From Tubiluchus corallicola (lineage: Eukaryota > Animalia > Priapulida), in the NCBI GenBank assembly GCA_030141605.1, contig JAQGDQ010001401.1, forward strand, positions 1-42,588: a DNA stretch of 42,588 bases, written 5' to 3'. The notes beneath the pieces were generated by a model, which was not told the origin of the DNA, did no database searches, and saw nothing but the letters and a program-made list of their open reading frames with translations. The position numbers and the translations under genes were made by a program. Positions within the stretch are counted from its first letter, which is position 1. The number at the start of each line of letters is the position of its first letter. Below are positions 11,867-24,971 of the stretch, piece by piece.

Positions 11867-13455
11867 TTCTCATACAATGTTACACTGCATTACGCTTACC
11901 TGCGAAAGACATACGTAACGGAAAGACAATTCTTTGTTATTTAAAATGCTCGTGCCAGCTGAAGAAACGTCACTGTATCACCATTTCACGGTGCACTAAG
12001 AATGTCACTGGCTCACCAAGAAACGGTCTATAAATTTTAATGGCAAGATGAACTAATTTATACTTCTGCTTAGCTAGTGAAGTGTTCACTACGAATGCTG
12101 TGATTGCGTTTTCAAACTTTACGCAATGCTTGTTCAAACGACTCACTGTTAACATGGCTGCATCTAACGGTCATCGCGGGAGTTTAAATTTCCAAGTTTT
12201 ATACAGCGTTACTACTAATATAAACCCTGTGTGCAATAAGACAGAATGTAAGAGATATAAAATTTCAAGTCAATTTTCTAACCTTTATCTAAGTGAAAGT
12301 TTTCTTACGCTTTATTAAACTTAGACTATTTTGTCATATCCGACTTTCAAAAAGTCAAATTGGGTAGTTATTTAAACTACAGGGTTTCAAAGAGCGACAC
12401 AAACTCCATGTAGTGTGGAAATTTTATGAATAAGATTATTGATTGATCCATTGATCGTTTCTGATGTGCTAGCAGTTTATCAACAAAATATTGAAAAAAA
12501 AAATTACATTAAATACAATTGCTATGTGACACACTTTTAAACAAAATTACAAAATAAACAAATTATAATTGTTATTTTCTCTAAGATTACAGTAAAAGCT
12601 AAGACAACAGCCCCCGCCCACTATCAGTTTAACAAGTTCTGGTTCAAAGTGTATATAATGCTTAAACAGAGAGAGTCTCTTGTTTGTAAGGCATTTTTGC
12701 ATTGAAAGTTAAATCTGAACATTGAGTATGCAGTTTATAGTATTCTTCCTATAGGTAGAGTTTCACCTTTTCCATTTTACATGTCTTTGAAGTGCTCTGT
12801 GAAAGTTGTAACTGTATATTTTAGGTGCTGCCATCTATTGATTAGTTACTTTAACATTTTACTAGTTAAACTCATCCTTAGTACAATTGCTCGGTCCAGT
12901 GAATATGCAAACTCACTGGATCTCCCCTATTTTTACTGTAATGGGATATGTGAAGCCAAGTTTTGCATAGTTTTCTACCTATATATACTGGCTGGAATTC
13001 ACTTCTAGCCACTGTCTCTCTGTCACGCTCTTAGTGCCTGCAGTCGTGCTACACACTGTCTAATTCTTCGTGATCAGTGCAGGACACTCTGGTCCTCAGT
13101 GTAGTTTAGCAGTCCTGTTACATATAACTATGTAGTGTAATAAAAGTGTTTCAGTTTTTGTGCAAACATGTAATCTGGTGTTTAGTTGTTTTCTACAAGT
13201 GTTCAATTTCAACTTCATAACTAACTTTCACATGCTCCATAACAAGATCTCTAACTGCTGGTCTGACCAACGCAGCACTCTTCACAGATGTTACAAGTGA
13301 GTTTGTATACTATTCCCATAGCACTGCACTGACTGTCCAAACCACATTTGCAGTTTGCTACTGTCATCTATGAGGACAATTTGATTTTATTGTCAATATT
13401 TTATTACGCCAATTTTTTACTCTACACTAATTTAACTTTTAGCTGATAGTTGAGA

Positions 13456-13830
13456 GACCAAAAGGTTCTAGGCTGAAATAAACTTTGAGACTGACCGAAA
13501 GGCTCTAGGTTGAAATAAACTTTGAGACTGACCGAAAGGCTCTAGGTTGAAATAAACTTTGAGACTGACCGAAAGGCTCTAGTCTGAAATAAACTTTGAG
13601 ACTGACCAAAAGTTTCTAGTCTGAAATAAACTTTGAGACTGACCAAAAGGTTCTAGTCTGAAATAAACTTTGAGACTGACCAAAAGTTTCTAGTCTGAAA
13701 TAAACTTTGAGACTGACCAAAAGGTTCTAGTCTGAAATAAACTTTGAGACTGACCAAAAGTTTCTAGTCTGAAATAAACTTTGAGACTGACCAAAAGGTT
13801 CTAGTCTGAAATAAACTTTGAGATTGACCA
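13456..13830 (-). repeat. 37-bp minisatellite, ~10 copies
   Basis: Reverse complement of the 6824-7456 unit. Confidence 0.95.
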
Positions 13831-14114
13831 CAACCATTAAGTGTGAACAGTTTTAGACATCTGACATTTTGTGCAAGTGTAGCCTACATACTCACCAGAA
13901 TGTTTTGCAAAAGTTGTGACAGAATCATCTTGTACGTCTTCCATAGAACTACCATTGCCGTCCGTGTTGCCGTCATCATCAATATCAGCATCATAGGTTT
14001 CATCAATCTCAACGTCAGCCACGTCATCCGCTAAATAAAAGAATCGCATTATATATGTATGGAATGTGACAATTTCATCACCAGCTTCTGATTACAAATT
14101 ACAACTTAATTTTT

Positions 14115-14557
14115 GTTGGCAGGCATGTTGTTGGCATCCTTCTGTCTTGGAAGACAATGGAGTGTGCGCCAAGAGAGTCAGTTATTGATCACATTGATGG
14201 AGCTGCAGCATCGACTGTGGCTGAGCAATCTGATCCTTGAACCACTGGAGTGGCCTCTACAGGGCGCACGCCTGGGCAAGGTGTATGGAGATCCTGAGTT
14301 GCCCAGACAACAGGAACCCCCTCTCTTCCTCTCTGGTGTAGTCCAAAGGAAAGCGGAGTGATACGTTTGGCACCAGGTTGGCTGCAGGAGCTGCCGGAGT
14401 CAGTGAGCATGCTGCACTGGCATCCCGCAAGCCTACAGCACCTGGTATTCCTAGGCGGTCACCCATCCAAGTACTAACCAAGCTCTATGTTGCTTAACTT
14501 CTGTGATCAGACGAGAACCGGTGTTTTCAACGTAATTTGGCCGTAGTTGGCAGGCAT
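14115..14557 (-). mobile_element. 5S-headed retroposon-like insertion (SINE3-like) with 12-bp target-site duplication; mirror copy 5995-6538
   Basis: gttggcaggcat occurs as a direct repeat at 14115-14126 and 14546-14557, flanking the 5S head and a GC-rich body. Confidence 0.7.
14429..14548 (-). rRNA. Near full-length 5S rRNA-derived sequence (variant or pseudogene; head of a SINE3-like element)
   Basis: Reverse complement reads ctacggccaaattacgttgaaaacaccggttctcgtctgatcacagaagttaagcaac...ttagtacttggatgggtgaccgcc...aataccaggtgctgtaggctt, a typical metazoan 5S. There is no oligo-T terminator after it. Confidence 0.88.
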
Positions 14558-17500
14558 AAAGCACACTTAATTACACTCTTAACTGGTCCAATTTATATAT
14601 GAATTACTTACTAAGTCTAGTAAATAGTATGAACAAAAGTGGTGGCCGGCTGATAACATTAAACATGCAATCAATGGCAGAAAGCGACCTGCATAAATCT
14701 AGGACAAGTTCAGCATTTTTAGATAGGCTCCTGTTAATTTTTCAACAAAGGCAGCCCAAACACGAGCTTTAAAATTACTGGCTTTCATCGGCCAAGTCAG
14801 GCTTTTTCAACTATTTGTTGAAACGAGCTGAAACAGGCCACAGGCCCTGCAGTTCTCTCTACTAGAAGGTCTCATGTTTCTTGAAAATACTACAGATAAT
14901 ACAATTGTCGATTTTGATGCAGTAACCCTTATCTTGGATTTGTGTAATCCTCCTTGAATGCATCATGTTTTATCCTATCCTACATCTTGTCCATTTTCCT
15001 TAACTTGTTATTACAAAACCAAAGGCAGTTGATTTTGACAACTATTGTTTATATATAAACGTACTTTTGTGCATTTTTCCCTAGTAGTTTATGAAAACCA
15101 ACGTAAAAATTGGTCCTTGTAATGCGATAACCAAAGAGGTTATGCTGGGTGCGAGCACATGTCTTTAGCTTGTACTGAAGTATATCGCTAAGCAGCGGCC
15201 GACCAGCAAGTGGCACTCGGCAATTGTTAGTATATGTAGTTTGTACTAGAGAGAAAAGAATTATTTAATAAATGTGAAAAAGGAAAAGTTAGGTAGGTCA
15301 GTAAGAACAGGATAGCGCTAAAAAACAGTTTGGAGAAAGAGGGTCATGGGAGTAGATTTAGATATTATAGTTTTAGTTTTTTGAGAGGTGATTATATTTT
15401 CATCTTTGCAGGAGTGTAATTAATAATTATAATCTAGTTTGTATTAATGGAGAGAAATTTTGCATATGCATAGTTATAATATTTTGCAAGGAATATGTTA
15501 TGAAAGGAGTACGGAATACAAAACGACAAATACAAATACAGGTTTTTGGAGTCATCAGGAGGAACTTGAGAGTCGAATTTCGGCTGCTTGGTTGATCAAG
15601 GATGGAAATAACAGCTCTATGAAGTCTTTTTTATTGAAGTAAATTTTCTAAAAAACACTGAAAGATTTTCAAACACTCGAGTATTCTATTATATCACCTC
15701 TGTGGAAGTTGTGGCTCTATATTTTAGGTGCTGCCATCTATTGACTAATCACTTTACATTTTACTAGCTAAACTCACCCCTAGTATAATTGTTCGGTCCA
15801 GTAAATATGCATACTCACTGGATCTCTCCCTATTTTACTGTAATGGTTTTTGCGAAGCCAAGTTTGCATTACCTATACCTATATATACTGACTGGATTCT
15901 ACTTCTAGTCACTCTCTGTCTCACTCTCAATGCAGTGCAGAAGTCGTGCTAGTCGTGCTACACACCTGTCTAACTCACACTCTCAGTGCAGTGCAGTGCA
16001 GCAGTCGTGATACTCACGTGACTCTCACACTCAGTGCAGTGCAGCAGTCGTGATACTCACGTGACTCTCACACTCAGTGGAGTGCAGCAGTCGTGATACC
16101 CATGTCATGTTACTGTCTGACTCTCAGTGATCAGTGCAGGACACTCGTGTTCTCAGTGTTCAGTGTAGCAGTCATTCTACATATGTGTATGTCGTCTAAT
16201 AAACGTTTTTCAGTTTTGTGCAGATATGTAGTATAGTGTTTTATTCGTTTTCCACAAAGTGTTCAACTACAACCTCATGCAGTCATTCTACATATGTGTA
16301 TGTCGTCTAATAAACGCTTCAGTCTTGTGCAGATATGTAGTATAGTGTTTTATTCGTTTTCTACAAAGTATTCAACTACAACGTGTATTCATACATGTCT
16401 TTCACAACCTCATTTAGTTCAATACATCTTTCTTAGTAGCAGATGTCTAAGAAATTCACGAAAAATTGTGGTTAAGAATCACAAGCGCAATGATGTCCAT
16501 GAACTTACCCAAGTCTGGCTGATGTTCACTATCAATTTCAATCACTTCTTCAATTTCTTCAGCTTGGAAGTAATGACGATTGTTGCTGGGAAGATGATCG
16601 CCTTCCGACATTTTTGTTCCTTCAAACAGAAGAAAACACTCGTATAACTATCCAAACTAATGAAAGCAGGGCTGGAAGTTTCCGGGCAGGTTTTTGGATT
16701 TTGTATTTAACTTTTGAGCCAAGAAACTACACTAGCATGTCACAGATGCAGCCAGATTACCCTGTTATAGGGTCGCTGATTTTCCCCGGACAGTTTTGCA
16801 TGTTTTCATTTTGTATTTAAACTTTTTTCTCCGTAGTAATATGTCTCCAAGTCATTTCCTTATTTTTGTCAAAACTGTACAAGGCTCGAACTATTGTGAA
16901 ACGTCATGAGCTAGACAGTATTTACCTAGTTTTTACCCAATTACTTCCTGGATGCATAGAACCTGGTATAAAAAACAACATGAGGCACTCAAAGAAACAG
17001 AAGGGAGAGAAGAGAAAAAAGAGGCAGCAAAAAGCAAATTGTGTTCCTCTGAGTCTGGAATAAAGTGAACAGTGTGTGTTGTTACATTGTTATTGTTGTT
17101 GTTACTTGTTGGCTAGTTCACAGAGTAAAACGAAGAAGTGTAAGACTAACAGAACCTAAACTATCTATGTACGAGTAGTATGAACTCACTATATACACAG
17201 TATGCGTACGAATTTGGCTAGTTCACAGAGTAATAGTTTATAAAAGTACGTCCACTATATCACTATACGCATAATTAATGGTCAACTTACTTCACTTATA
17301 CACTAGTAATTAATAATTAATGATAACAATCTCTTGATCTATTCCTGTACTTACTTCATTTTGGCTATATGCAGCAATAAGGTGAATCAACGTCGAACGG
17401 AAATAAGGTCAAAGTGTGCAAAGAGGAAGTGACGAAATTCGCGTATTGTTACGTACTTCATTTTTGTGATTAGCTGCTACGTTAGCGGCATCAAAGTTAC

Positions 17501-20002
17501 ATTGTTGTTGCCGTAATTTGGTGTGCACTAGCGAACAATTTATTCTCTCATCCCATGTGTTCATTAAAATTCAGTCTTACCCAAGACTGAGATTCTAAAG
17601 TCATTTCTGCTAATTTACGTCTCTACACTTTATGATTCAATCAAAAGCTAAAATAAACCACACAACTAACTGAAAGTCTTTCAAAGCTAGTGAAATAAAT
17701 GTTGATGTAGGTAATCAAACCTTACAAAATCAAAAGGTCTATATTTCTTAACATAGGCCTGTAGAATCTTTATTATGTTTCCTTAGACCTTATACTGAGG
17801 AGGTTACAACAACGTCAACATTGTAAAGTTCTGTGCAATACAACTCTTTACTGTGGAATCATACTGCTAAGAGTATTCATGGGTAGTTCTTTAATTTTTA
17901 AAATGTAGTATCTTTACGTAGAAGTAAACAGCGTTCTAATTTCCTATATGAGAAACTAATCTTCACACATCCTACATAATCATTAATAGCATTATTAACC
18001 GCAAATAATACATTGATGTCGCGCTTGTGATTAAAGCGTAAAATAAAAGCTAACAAGCCCAAATTATGATGTACCTATAAATAAACCTAATTTCAGTCCC
18101 TAAAAAACTTCCAAATGCCTCCTAAATGTCGAAAATTTGGCAGCCACACACCATGAATTCACACAGCCACCTATAGCTGCTACACAAAATGTGTATAATG
18201 CAGATAAATTTTTGTAATTTATTGTCCACTTCAGCATAATTACAATATCACATTGTAACCATATATCAAATCAATTACATGTATATCATTTCAAATCAAT
18301 GTAATTACAATAATTATAAAAGAACTATATTAATATAGTTACTAACAACATAATACTATTAATAGTATAATACTTAATAGTTCATGCTGCACGGTGGTCA
18401 AGAAGCAAAGGTTGTAAGACAACAAAAGAAAGAAGCTATGGTGCCTGCAATTAAATTAAGCAGTATTTTTTTATAAAATCCTGGAATATGCAGGACGCTA
18501 AACGTTTTGCAGAGAAAATTGTCCACAAATCTAAACTTTAATTTCCTCAAAAACGCAAAATATTGTAACACGTGCACCACAACTTTGCACTTAGCAATAG
18601 GGGAAATCATTTTGTTTGTTTCCATTCGCGCAGTCAGTGTCGCCCTAGCGGCACAGCAGTCGGACTGTTGTTGTCAGGTAAACTACAGCGCAAGCTGTTT
18701 GTACACTAATGTGTACTGTAGCAGATAAATTGATGAAACCACCAAAGTCAGGCCGGTCGACAGGTGCTCATAAATTGCTCAGCAGTGAGTTGCAAAAACA
18801 CAAATAAAAAATATCTTTTTTAATTTCCCGAGGATGCAGCCAGGTAATTATAACAAAATGCTTGCTAATTATAACACAGTTTTGTACCTTTTGTTACAAG
18901 TTGAATATTTTGTACACTAAGCAAAGACTGCAAGGCCTACAACAGCAGCTGTTATATTTTTGAATATTATTTAAGCAAACATAGGGCATTAAGAATAATT
19001 TGTAGTTAGAACAAAAATTCATATCTCATGAAAATTAATAGGTTTATTTATTAAAAAAGTTAAGAAAGTTGATCATAAAGAAAGTTTGCAAATACCTGGC
19101 TCATGTAGTATTCTATTTCTGGAGAAATATTTTTTCTAAAAAAACATTCCTTTTTAATATGTTCTTATCAGGAAATATCACTTGAAGAAATATTAGGCCT
19201 GACTTTCATGTGTAATATCTTTCATAGAAAAAAATCGATTTTTTCAAAAGAGCAAATAATTTTTCCAGAACAAAACTTAATCTAAGCAACCGCATGTTTT
19301 GTTAATTCCAAGTTAAAAGATGTTTAAAAAGCATATAATCATACATTGGCCTTTCATATGAGTTGGAGTTGGCTATAAAATCACGTTGAACGAACAGGGA
19401 TGCATGTATGACATTATTCCTCTTTTTTATTATCACTGAACAAACAGTGATTTTGGCTTAACGAAATTGTGCGTATGCAAACATTATTGGCGAACTTAAG
19501 AATATTATTATTACATTCAAAGCGCCGCTCAAATTTTTTAATTATCCGCCGTTTGACGCCGCTAGCGCAGCAGCTAACCGCAAAAACGAAGTACGTAACA
19601 ATACGCGAATTTCCTCACTTCCTCTTTGCACACTTTGACCTTATTTCCGTTCGACGTTGATTCACCTTATTGCTGCAGGTTGCCAAAAACAAAATAAGAA
19701 CAGGAATAGATCAAGAGATTGTTATCATTAATTATTATATTACTAGTGTATAAGTGAAGTAAGTTGACCATTAATTATGCGTATAGTGATATAGTGGACG
19801 TACTTTTATAAACTATTACTCTGTGAACTAGCCAAATTCGTACGCATACTGTGTATATAGTGAGTTCATACTACTTGTACATAGTTTAGGTTCTCTAGTA
19901 TCACACTTCTTCGTTTTTAAACTATGGTTTTTGTGCTTGTTTTTAGGCCTAACCTAGGAATCAAACTTGATAATCAAAATCCTGATGCAAAATTTCTAGC
20001 CT

Positions 20003-21268
20003 AAAAATCCAGGTCCCGGTCGATTTTCGCCGAGCGATAACCTAATTGATATGATTGCTTAGTGCAATATGACGATCTGCACTGCTCTCACGATTGCTCG
20101 TGGACCATCAGTGGGGCAGTCAGCATTTCTATGCCTAGTACATTCGTGACTTTGTGCATAAAATACTGGAAAAAATATTTTTGAGATAATGCTGAAACAG
20201 TAAAAATGCTGATCATGACTTTATTCAGGCGATACATTAACTTCACTGAATTAAAACATTGTTGGTTTAAATGTCGTTTTTCAGTGGTTTTTATATTATT
20301 ATGTTATAGCAAATCAGAGTTTTTTTGGCCCTATTACGACTTAGCCCCGGAAAGGCCTGGTTTAGTAAAAACGCAAGTTGTATCCATTTATTCTCCTGGA
20401 TACTACTCTGCCATATGAAGTAAGATACACTCCATCGCTTCTCATTTGTAGTGCTGCCGCCACATACTCTCGTTGAGATGCTTTGGGAGCGTAGTGGATT
20501 GCCATGTATTGCCTTCAATTTTGATTTGCAATTTTTAATGATTTTTGATTTGCAATAGTATATAATTATTTTAATTTGTATCCAGCCCACCAGCCAGCTA
20601 TAATTTAATAGGAAAAGTTTGCGTTTTAACCTTAAGCCTTTTTCTGTCGTCTCCGTCAATGCAAATTTACTTGTTATGTATACGTTCAGTCCACCCCTCG
20701 ACCAAAATTTAATGTAAACAATCTGCTGTGCCAGACCATGGGTGAGGCTCAGAAAAATCGTCTGGGAGTATGGCATTAAAAATTAGGTACGAATAGTTCA
20801 AAGACATGTAAATGAAACATTTATTATCATGACAGCTAAGGAAATTGAAATATAATTGTGGCGCGCTTAGTTATTAATAATAATGCCGAATTATAATAAT
20901 TGCTATTATGAAAAATCACTTAGCTATTTCAGCATGAACACACTCTCGAAGCAAAAATGTTTAACACTGCTTGTAGTAATTTAAATATTTATTCAGATTA
21001 AAATACATTTTATATGATCGAGTGCTTCAAAAATTGGGTCAAATGTCAATTTTTTGTTTTTTGTAAAAACAAATGGTAAATTTAATGGAGTTTTATATTC
21101 TATTAACAATGCTACTAATAGTATTAGCCATTAGTATTAGTATTGATAAACTCCGGGGTTGATCAATAATCGTATCGTATGCGAAGCACGGATCGTCATA
21201 TTGCGCTAAGCAATCATATCGAAATCGCAGTTCGCTCGGCGAAAATCAAGCGGGACCTGAATTCTAAT
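20003..21268. mobile_element. Putative ~1.26 kb non-autonomous DNA transposon with ~75 bp imperfect terminal inverted repeats
   Basis: caggtcccggtcgattttcgccgagcg...gattgcttagtgcaatatgacgatc versus gatcgtcatattgcgctaagcaatc...cgctcggcgaaaatcaagcgggacctg. No clear TSD. Truncated mirror copy at 176-630. Confidence 0.65.
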
Positions 21269-22189
21269 AGAGTGCCCTTAAAACTAGGAGAGTAACAAAT
21301 AATTTGTTTTGCACATGATTACATTAAAATTATCATGCGTGGTTTATAATAATTAATGTGATAACTTTGTATGGGAGATGGGGCAAGCAAAACCCAAAAG
21401 TGTTATCAAGTCACCGGCCACACAGCGACTATATTGTTTTAGCAGGTCATATGAACATTTTAAATTATTAAGAATTTTCTTGTCGAATTATGTAAATCTT
21501 TCAAACAGGTGAGCGTAATGCTAAGTAATATAACTTTGCATGGAAAGTTTTCTGGGAAGTACAAGTATTGATCTGAAATAACAAAAACTCCTACCTCAAT
21601 TCTGTAAACTAAACCTTTACTATGCTGCCTTTCTCAACAAAAAATGCTCTAGTTTCACTACCTTTGCGATCTTTAATGAAGGAAATGAAATTTCTGCCGT
21701 TCTCTTCCCATCGCTCTTAGTATGCTGTGAATAGCAGTACATTGTGCCTATTGCACAAATTCACACACATACCGTGTATGTGTATACTGCAGGCAGCATT
21801 TCAAGTCTTTCTGATCATTCGTTTGTTCATTTGCTTGGCCTGGTGTGCTAATCGTATATGAAACAAGCGTCTTGCAAAAGTTGTTAACTGCAATATTAAA
21901 CTCTGTAGGTTTACTGATTAAAGCAACTATGTCAGGTAAAATCATATTAATTTGATTCTGTAATAATATATGTATCTAATTATAATTAATATCATTTATT
22001 ATATTTTCAGAGTAAGCTGATATTAAGATCATGGAACATTAAGACACACAATGGAACATGTGGCACTTATGTAAGAGAGAAATAAGTGATGTTAGTCAAA
22101 GTAGAAGTTGACTGCTGTGTTTGTGATTAACACAGTTGCTTTAAGACCACAAGTGCTTTCTTAAGGCTCACATATTACAACAAATAGCC

Positions 22190-23731
22190 ATGGCACACAC
22201 AGACTATATTTACTATAAATGTACAGCTTGTTCAGAATGTTTGATGAGTGAAGAAATATTTTTTGCCCACACCAGAACCTGGCACTGCAAAATACTTGTG
22301 TGCACGGGGCATGATTCGGAATCGAGTGACAGTACGTCACGTGATGCGGTAGCACTAGAGGAAGCAGTAGCGTGCGACGATTCTTCAACAGATCGCAATG
22401 TGCGGGCCGGCAACTCTATGATAGACGATCGTGCTATCTCTGATCTCGACACAGAAACTCAGACCAGTGGTATATCAGATTCGCTGAAGAGATGCGACTA
22501 TTTTGACAGCGTGCGCGAAGCTGACATGTCGTTCTCCGATGCACCACACCCACTGTATGAGCTAATGAACATTGATCATGTGGAGAGCGAAACAAACGAA
22601 TTGGAAAAACAACAAGAAGAAACAAAACTGAATGATCAGTACGACTACTTGTCATCAGAGTTAAAGCAGAAGCCTAGTCTAAGCAACTTGCATAACGATA
22701 TCTTAGGAAAACTAAGTGAAGCCGATCAGACTACCAGCACTAGTAAACAATCCAAGAAACACGTGCTGCGTGCGAAACCTCGGAAGTTGCACATGACTCG
22801 CAAGATCAAGCAGCGCTCGGAGGTTCATCATTGTCACATTTGTCTCAAATCGTTTGCATACGAGCGCATTTTGCAAGCGCACATCAGAACTCATACAGGA
22901 GAGAAACCATTCGGTTGCCAGACCTGCGGAAAAAGTTTCCGACAAAAGCAAAACCTGACAGCACACGAGAGGATACATACCGGCGAGAAACCGTATCAGT
23001 GCAGCGTATGCACGGCTTCTTTCTCAGAGTCAGGCAACCGGAACAAGCACGAGAAGAGAGTTCACGGCTCCTCTCATCTGGTGAAACGGAAACAAGGGGG
23101 AGGTACGAATCGCGTCAATTCCGACTTCACTTCGGGCAGAGTAGCAGAGCAACATGAAAATATGTCAGCAATTCATTTTCAGTTTCCATTAGATGCATCT
23201 GTCCAGAAGTCGCTCTCATCACCACATTCAAAAAAGGCCAGTAATGTTCCAGATCGGGATGGGCTGCTTCCTATTTCTGTTGTCAACTCCAACAATTTCT
23301 TCCCGTCGCGTCAGTTTTCCTCATCTCATTCGGATCACGATGCAAGTAAGATTCTGCATCAGTGCGCTATTTGCCTGAGTACTTTTTCCACGTTTCAGCA
23401 CCTCTTTGTCCATCGGATGAAAGTTCATGGTGTCCAGAAGAACGCTAGAAGTGGCAGACCCAAATCGTCGAGGAAGTCACGATTTCATTCGTGTATTATC
23501 TGCCACAAATCATTTCAAACAGCGTCTCAGTTGGTTTCGCATCAGAGGGTGCACACTGGTGAACGACCATTCCACTGTACCCAGTGTACTAAATCATTCG
23601 CGCAGCGCCAAAACCTGGTGGCTCACATGAGAACTCACACTGGTGAAAAGCCTTACAAGTGTGACATATGTGGTCATGCATTTGCTGAATCTGGAAACAT
23701 GAAAAAGCACAGAGTGCGACACTGTACGTAA
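22190..23731 (+). CDS. C2H2 (Kruppel-type) zinc-finger protein, 513 aa, uninterrupted ORF
   Basis: Two triplets of CxxC-x12-HxxxH fingers with TGEKPF/TGEKPY/TGERPF linkers, one isolated finger and a degenerate N-terminal finger. Confidence 0.93.
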   Translation: MAHTDYIYYKCTACSECLMSEEIFFAHTRTWHCKILVCTGHDSESSDSTSRDAVALEEAVACDDSSTDRNVRAGNSMIDDRAISDLDTETQTSGISDSLKRCDYFDSVREADMSFSDAPHPLYELMNIDHVESETNELEKQQEETKLNDQYDYLSSELKQKPSLSNLHNDILGKLSEADQTTSTSKQSKKHVLRAKPRKLHMTRKIKQRSEVHHCHICLKSFAYERILQAHIRTHTGEKPFGCQTCGKSFRQKQNLTAHERIHTGEKPYQCSVCTASFSESGNRNKHEKRVHGSSHLVKRKQGGGTNRVNSDFTSGRVAEQHENMSAIHFQFPLDASVQKSLSSPHSKKASNVPDRDGLLPISVVNSNNFFPSRQFSSSHSDHDASKILHQCAICLSTFSTFQHLFVHRMKVHGVQKNARSGRPKSSRKSRFHSCIICHKSFQTASQLVSHQRVHTGERPFHCTQCTKSFAQRQNLVAHMRTHTGEKPYKCDICGHAFAESGNMKKHRVRHCT

Positions 23732-24971
23732 ACTTTACATCTGTGACATATGTAGCAGTTTGCTAAGTTTAAGACCATAATAAGCATGTATTGTGAAACT
23801 GTTAATAAGCTTTATAATATCACGTAGTTACATGCTTGTTGACTTTAATAACTCGAAAACCCAAAGTCGTTATTATTGACTACGTAAACCTTGTGAAAGC
23901 AACATATGTGGCACCACATTTGCCGAATCCAGAAATGTGAGGACGCACAGAGTACAATACTGTACATAGTAGTTTAGTGCACAACATTTGATAGTTTAGC
24001 AGTTATGGCTGCAAAGGTTAAGTATCTATTTATTTGTCTGTACCACAAAAACTGAACCTCAATTTCATTAGGTTTTCACACTAAAATGGACAGAAATTGA
24101 TTGTTAGTTGTTATGACATATGAGCTGGTACGCTGTAAAATGTTTTCAAAAAACATTTTAAAAACATTATAGAAAACTATTGAATGTGATGTCAAATATT
24201 TCTACTAAATATGTTGAATTGCCTTGAACTTGAAGATTGTTTTTCGTGATGCTTTACATTTTTCTGTTTTCTTATGTCTTTATGATCCGGTATACTTCAT
24301 TGTCAGGCCAAAATTACAGACATGACTTAACTATTAGTACTCCTAATGAAATCGTTAGTGAGTCTATGAATGATATTAGTAATAATAAATTTGAATGTCA
24401 AATTTCTCTTATTGGATTAATAATAGCACTAAAATAAATTTATTTCAGTTCAGATCAAGATACTTCATCAGTCTGCTGAACATTAAACACTTTGCTCAAT
24501 CTTTTAATTTTGTTATTTCTAACACCATTATTATTGAACAAATTGTGACTATGGACATTGTGACCTAGTTGAAGGTGATTGAATTTTACCCAATTTTCAT
24601 AGTTTATAATGTCCAAGTGCCCTTGAAAGTAATTTTTTGTAAAATAAAATTTAATGTGAAGAAATTTCTGGTTAATAATAAAATCTCGTCGCTGTTAATT
24701 TTACCTGGTAATTTTTTTCTTTGTGTGGTAATGAAAAAGATAATAGAATTCTGCTGTTGTTGTTATTGCAAATAATTTTTTTATTTGAGATTATTCGCTT
24801 GCTTTCAATCAATTGTTTTTCCGTTAATAATATATAATGAATACTATAATACTTTTAGGCCTCGATTATGCTGAAATGGTGTTCAGGTTGCACTCGATTT
24901 TCTTTTTCGCCTTTGCGTTAAATAAATGAGATCGAATAAACTAACACTGTGTAAAGATTAACTTTATTTCG

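Larger units (their letters stand above)
13896..16611 (-). pseudogene. AAMP: Inverted partial AAMP copy: exon 1 (16509-16611) and exon 2 (13896-14030), with no exon 3 following on this strand
   Basis: Intact ATG and splice sites. Differs from the + copy by 3 synonymous changes and 1 N>S change. Functional status unknown. Confidence 0.75.
11543..20457 (-). repeat. Right arm of giant inverted repeat (partner 176-9696)
   Basis: Colinear reverse complement of the left arm, with substitutions, indels and different tandem-array copy numbers. Confidence 0.97.

Noticed and set aside
14429-14548. Functional 5S rRNA gene, or a functional link to AAMP/Sqt1's role in 60S assembly
   Set aside because: It has an altered 5' end, no terminator and flanking direct repeats. 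The location is probably coincidental.
20291-20776. 161-aa minus-strand ORF
   Set aside because: It has no recognisable domain, is AT-rich, and lies within a putative non-autonomous element.
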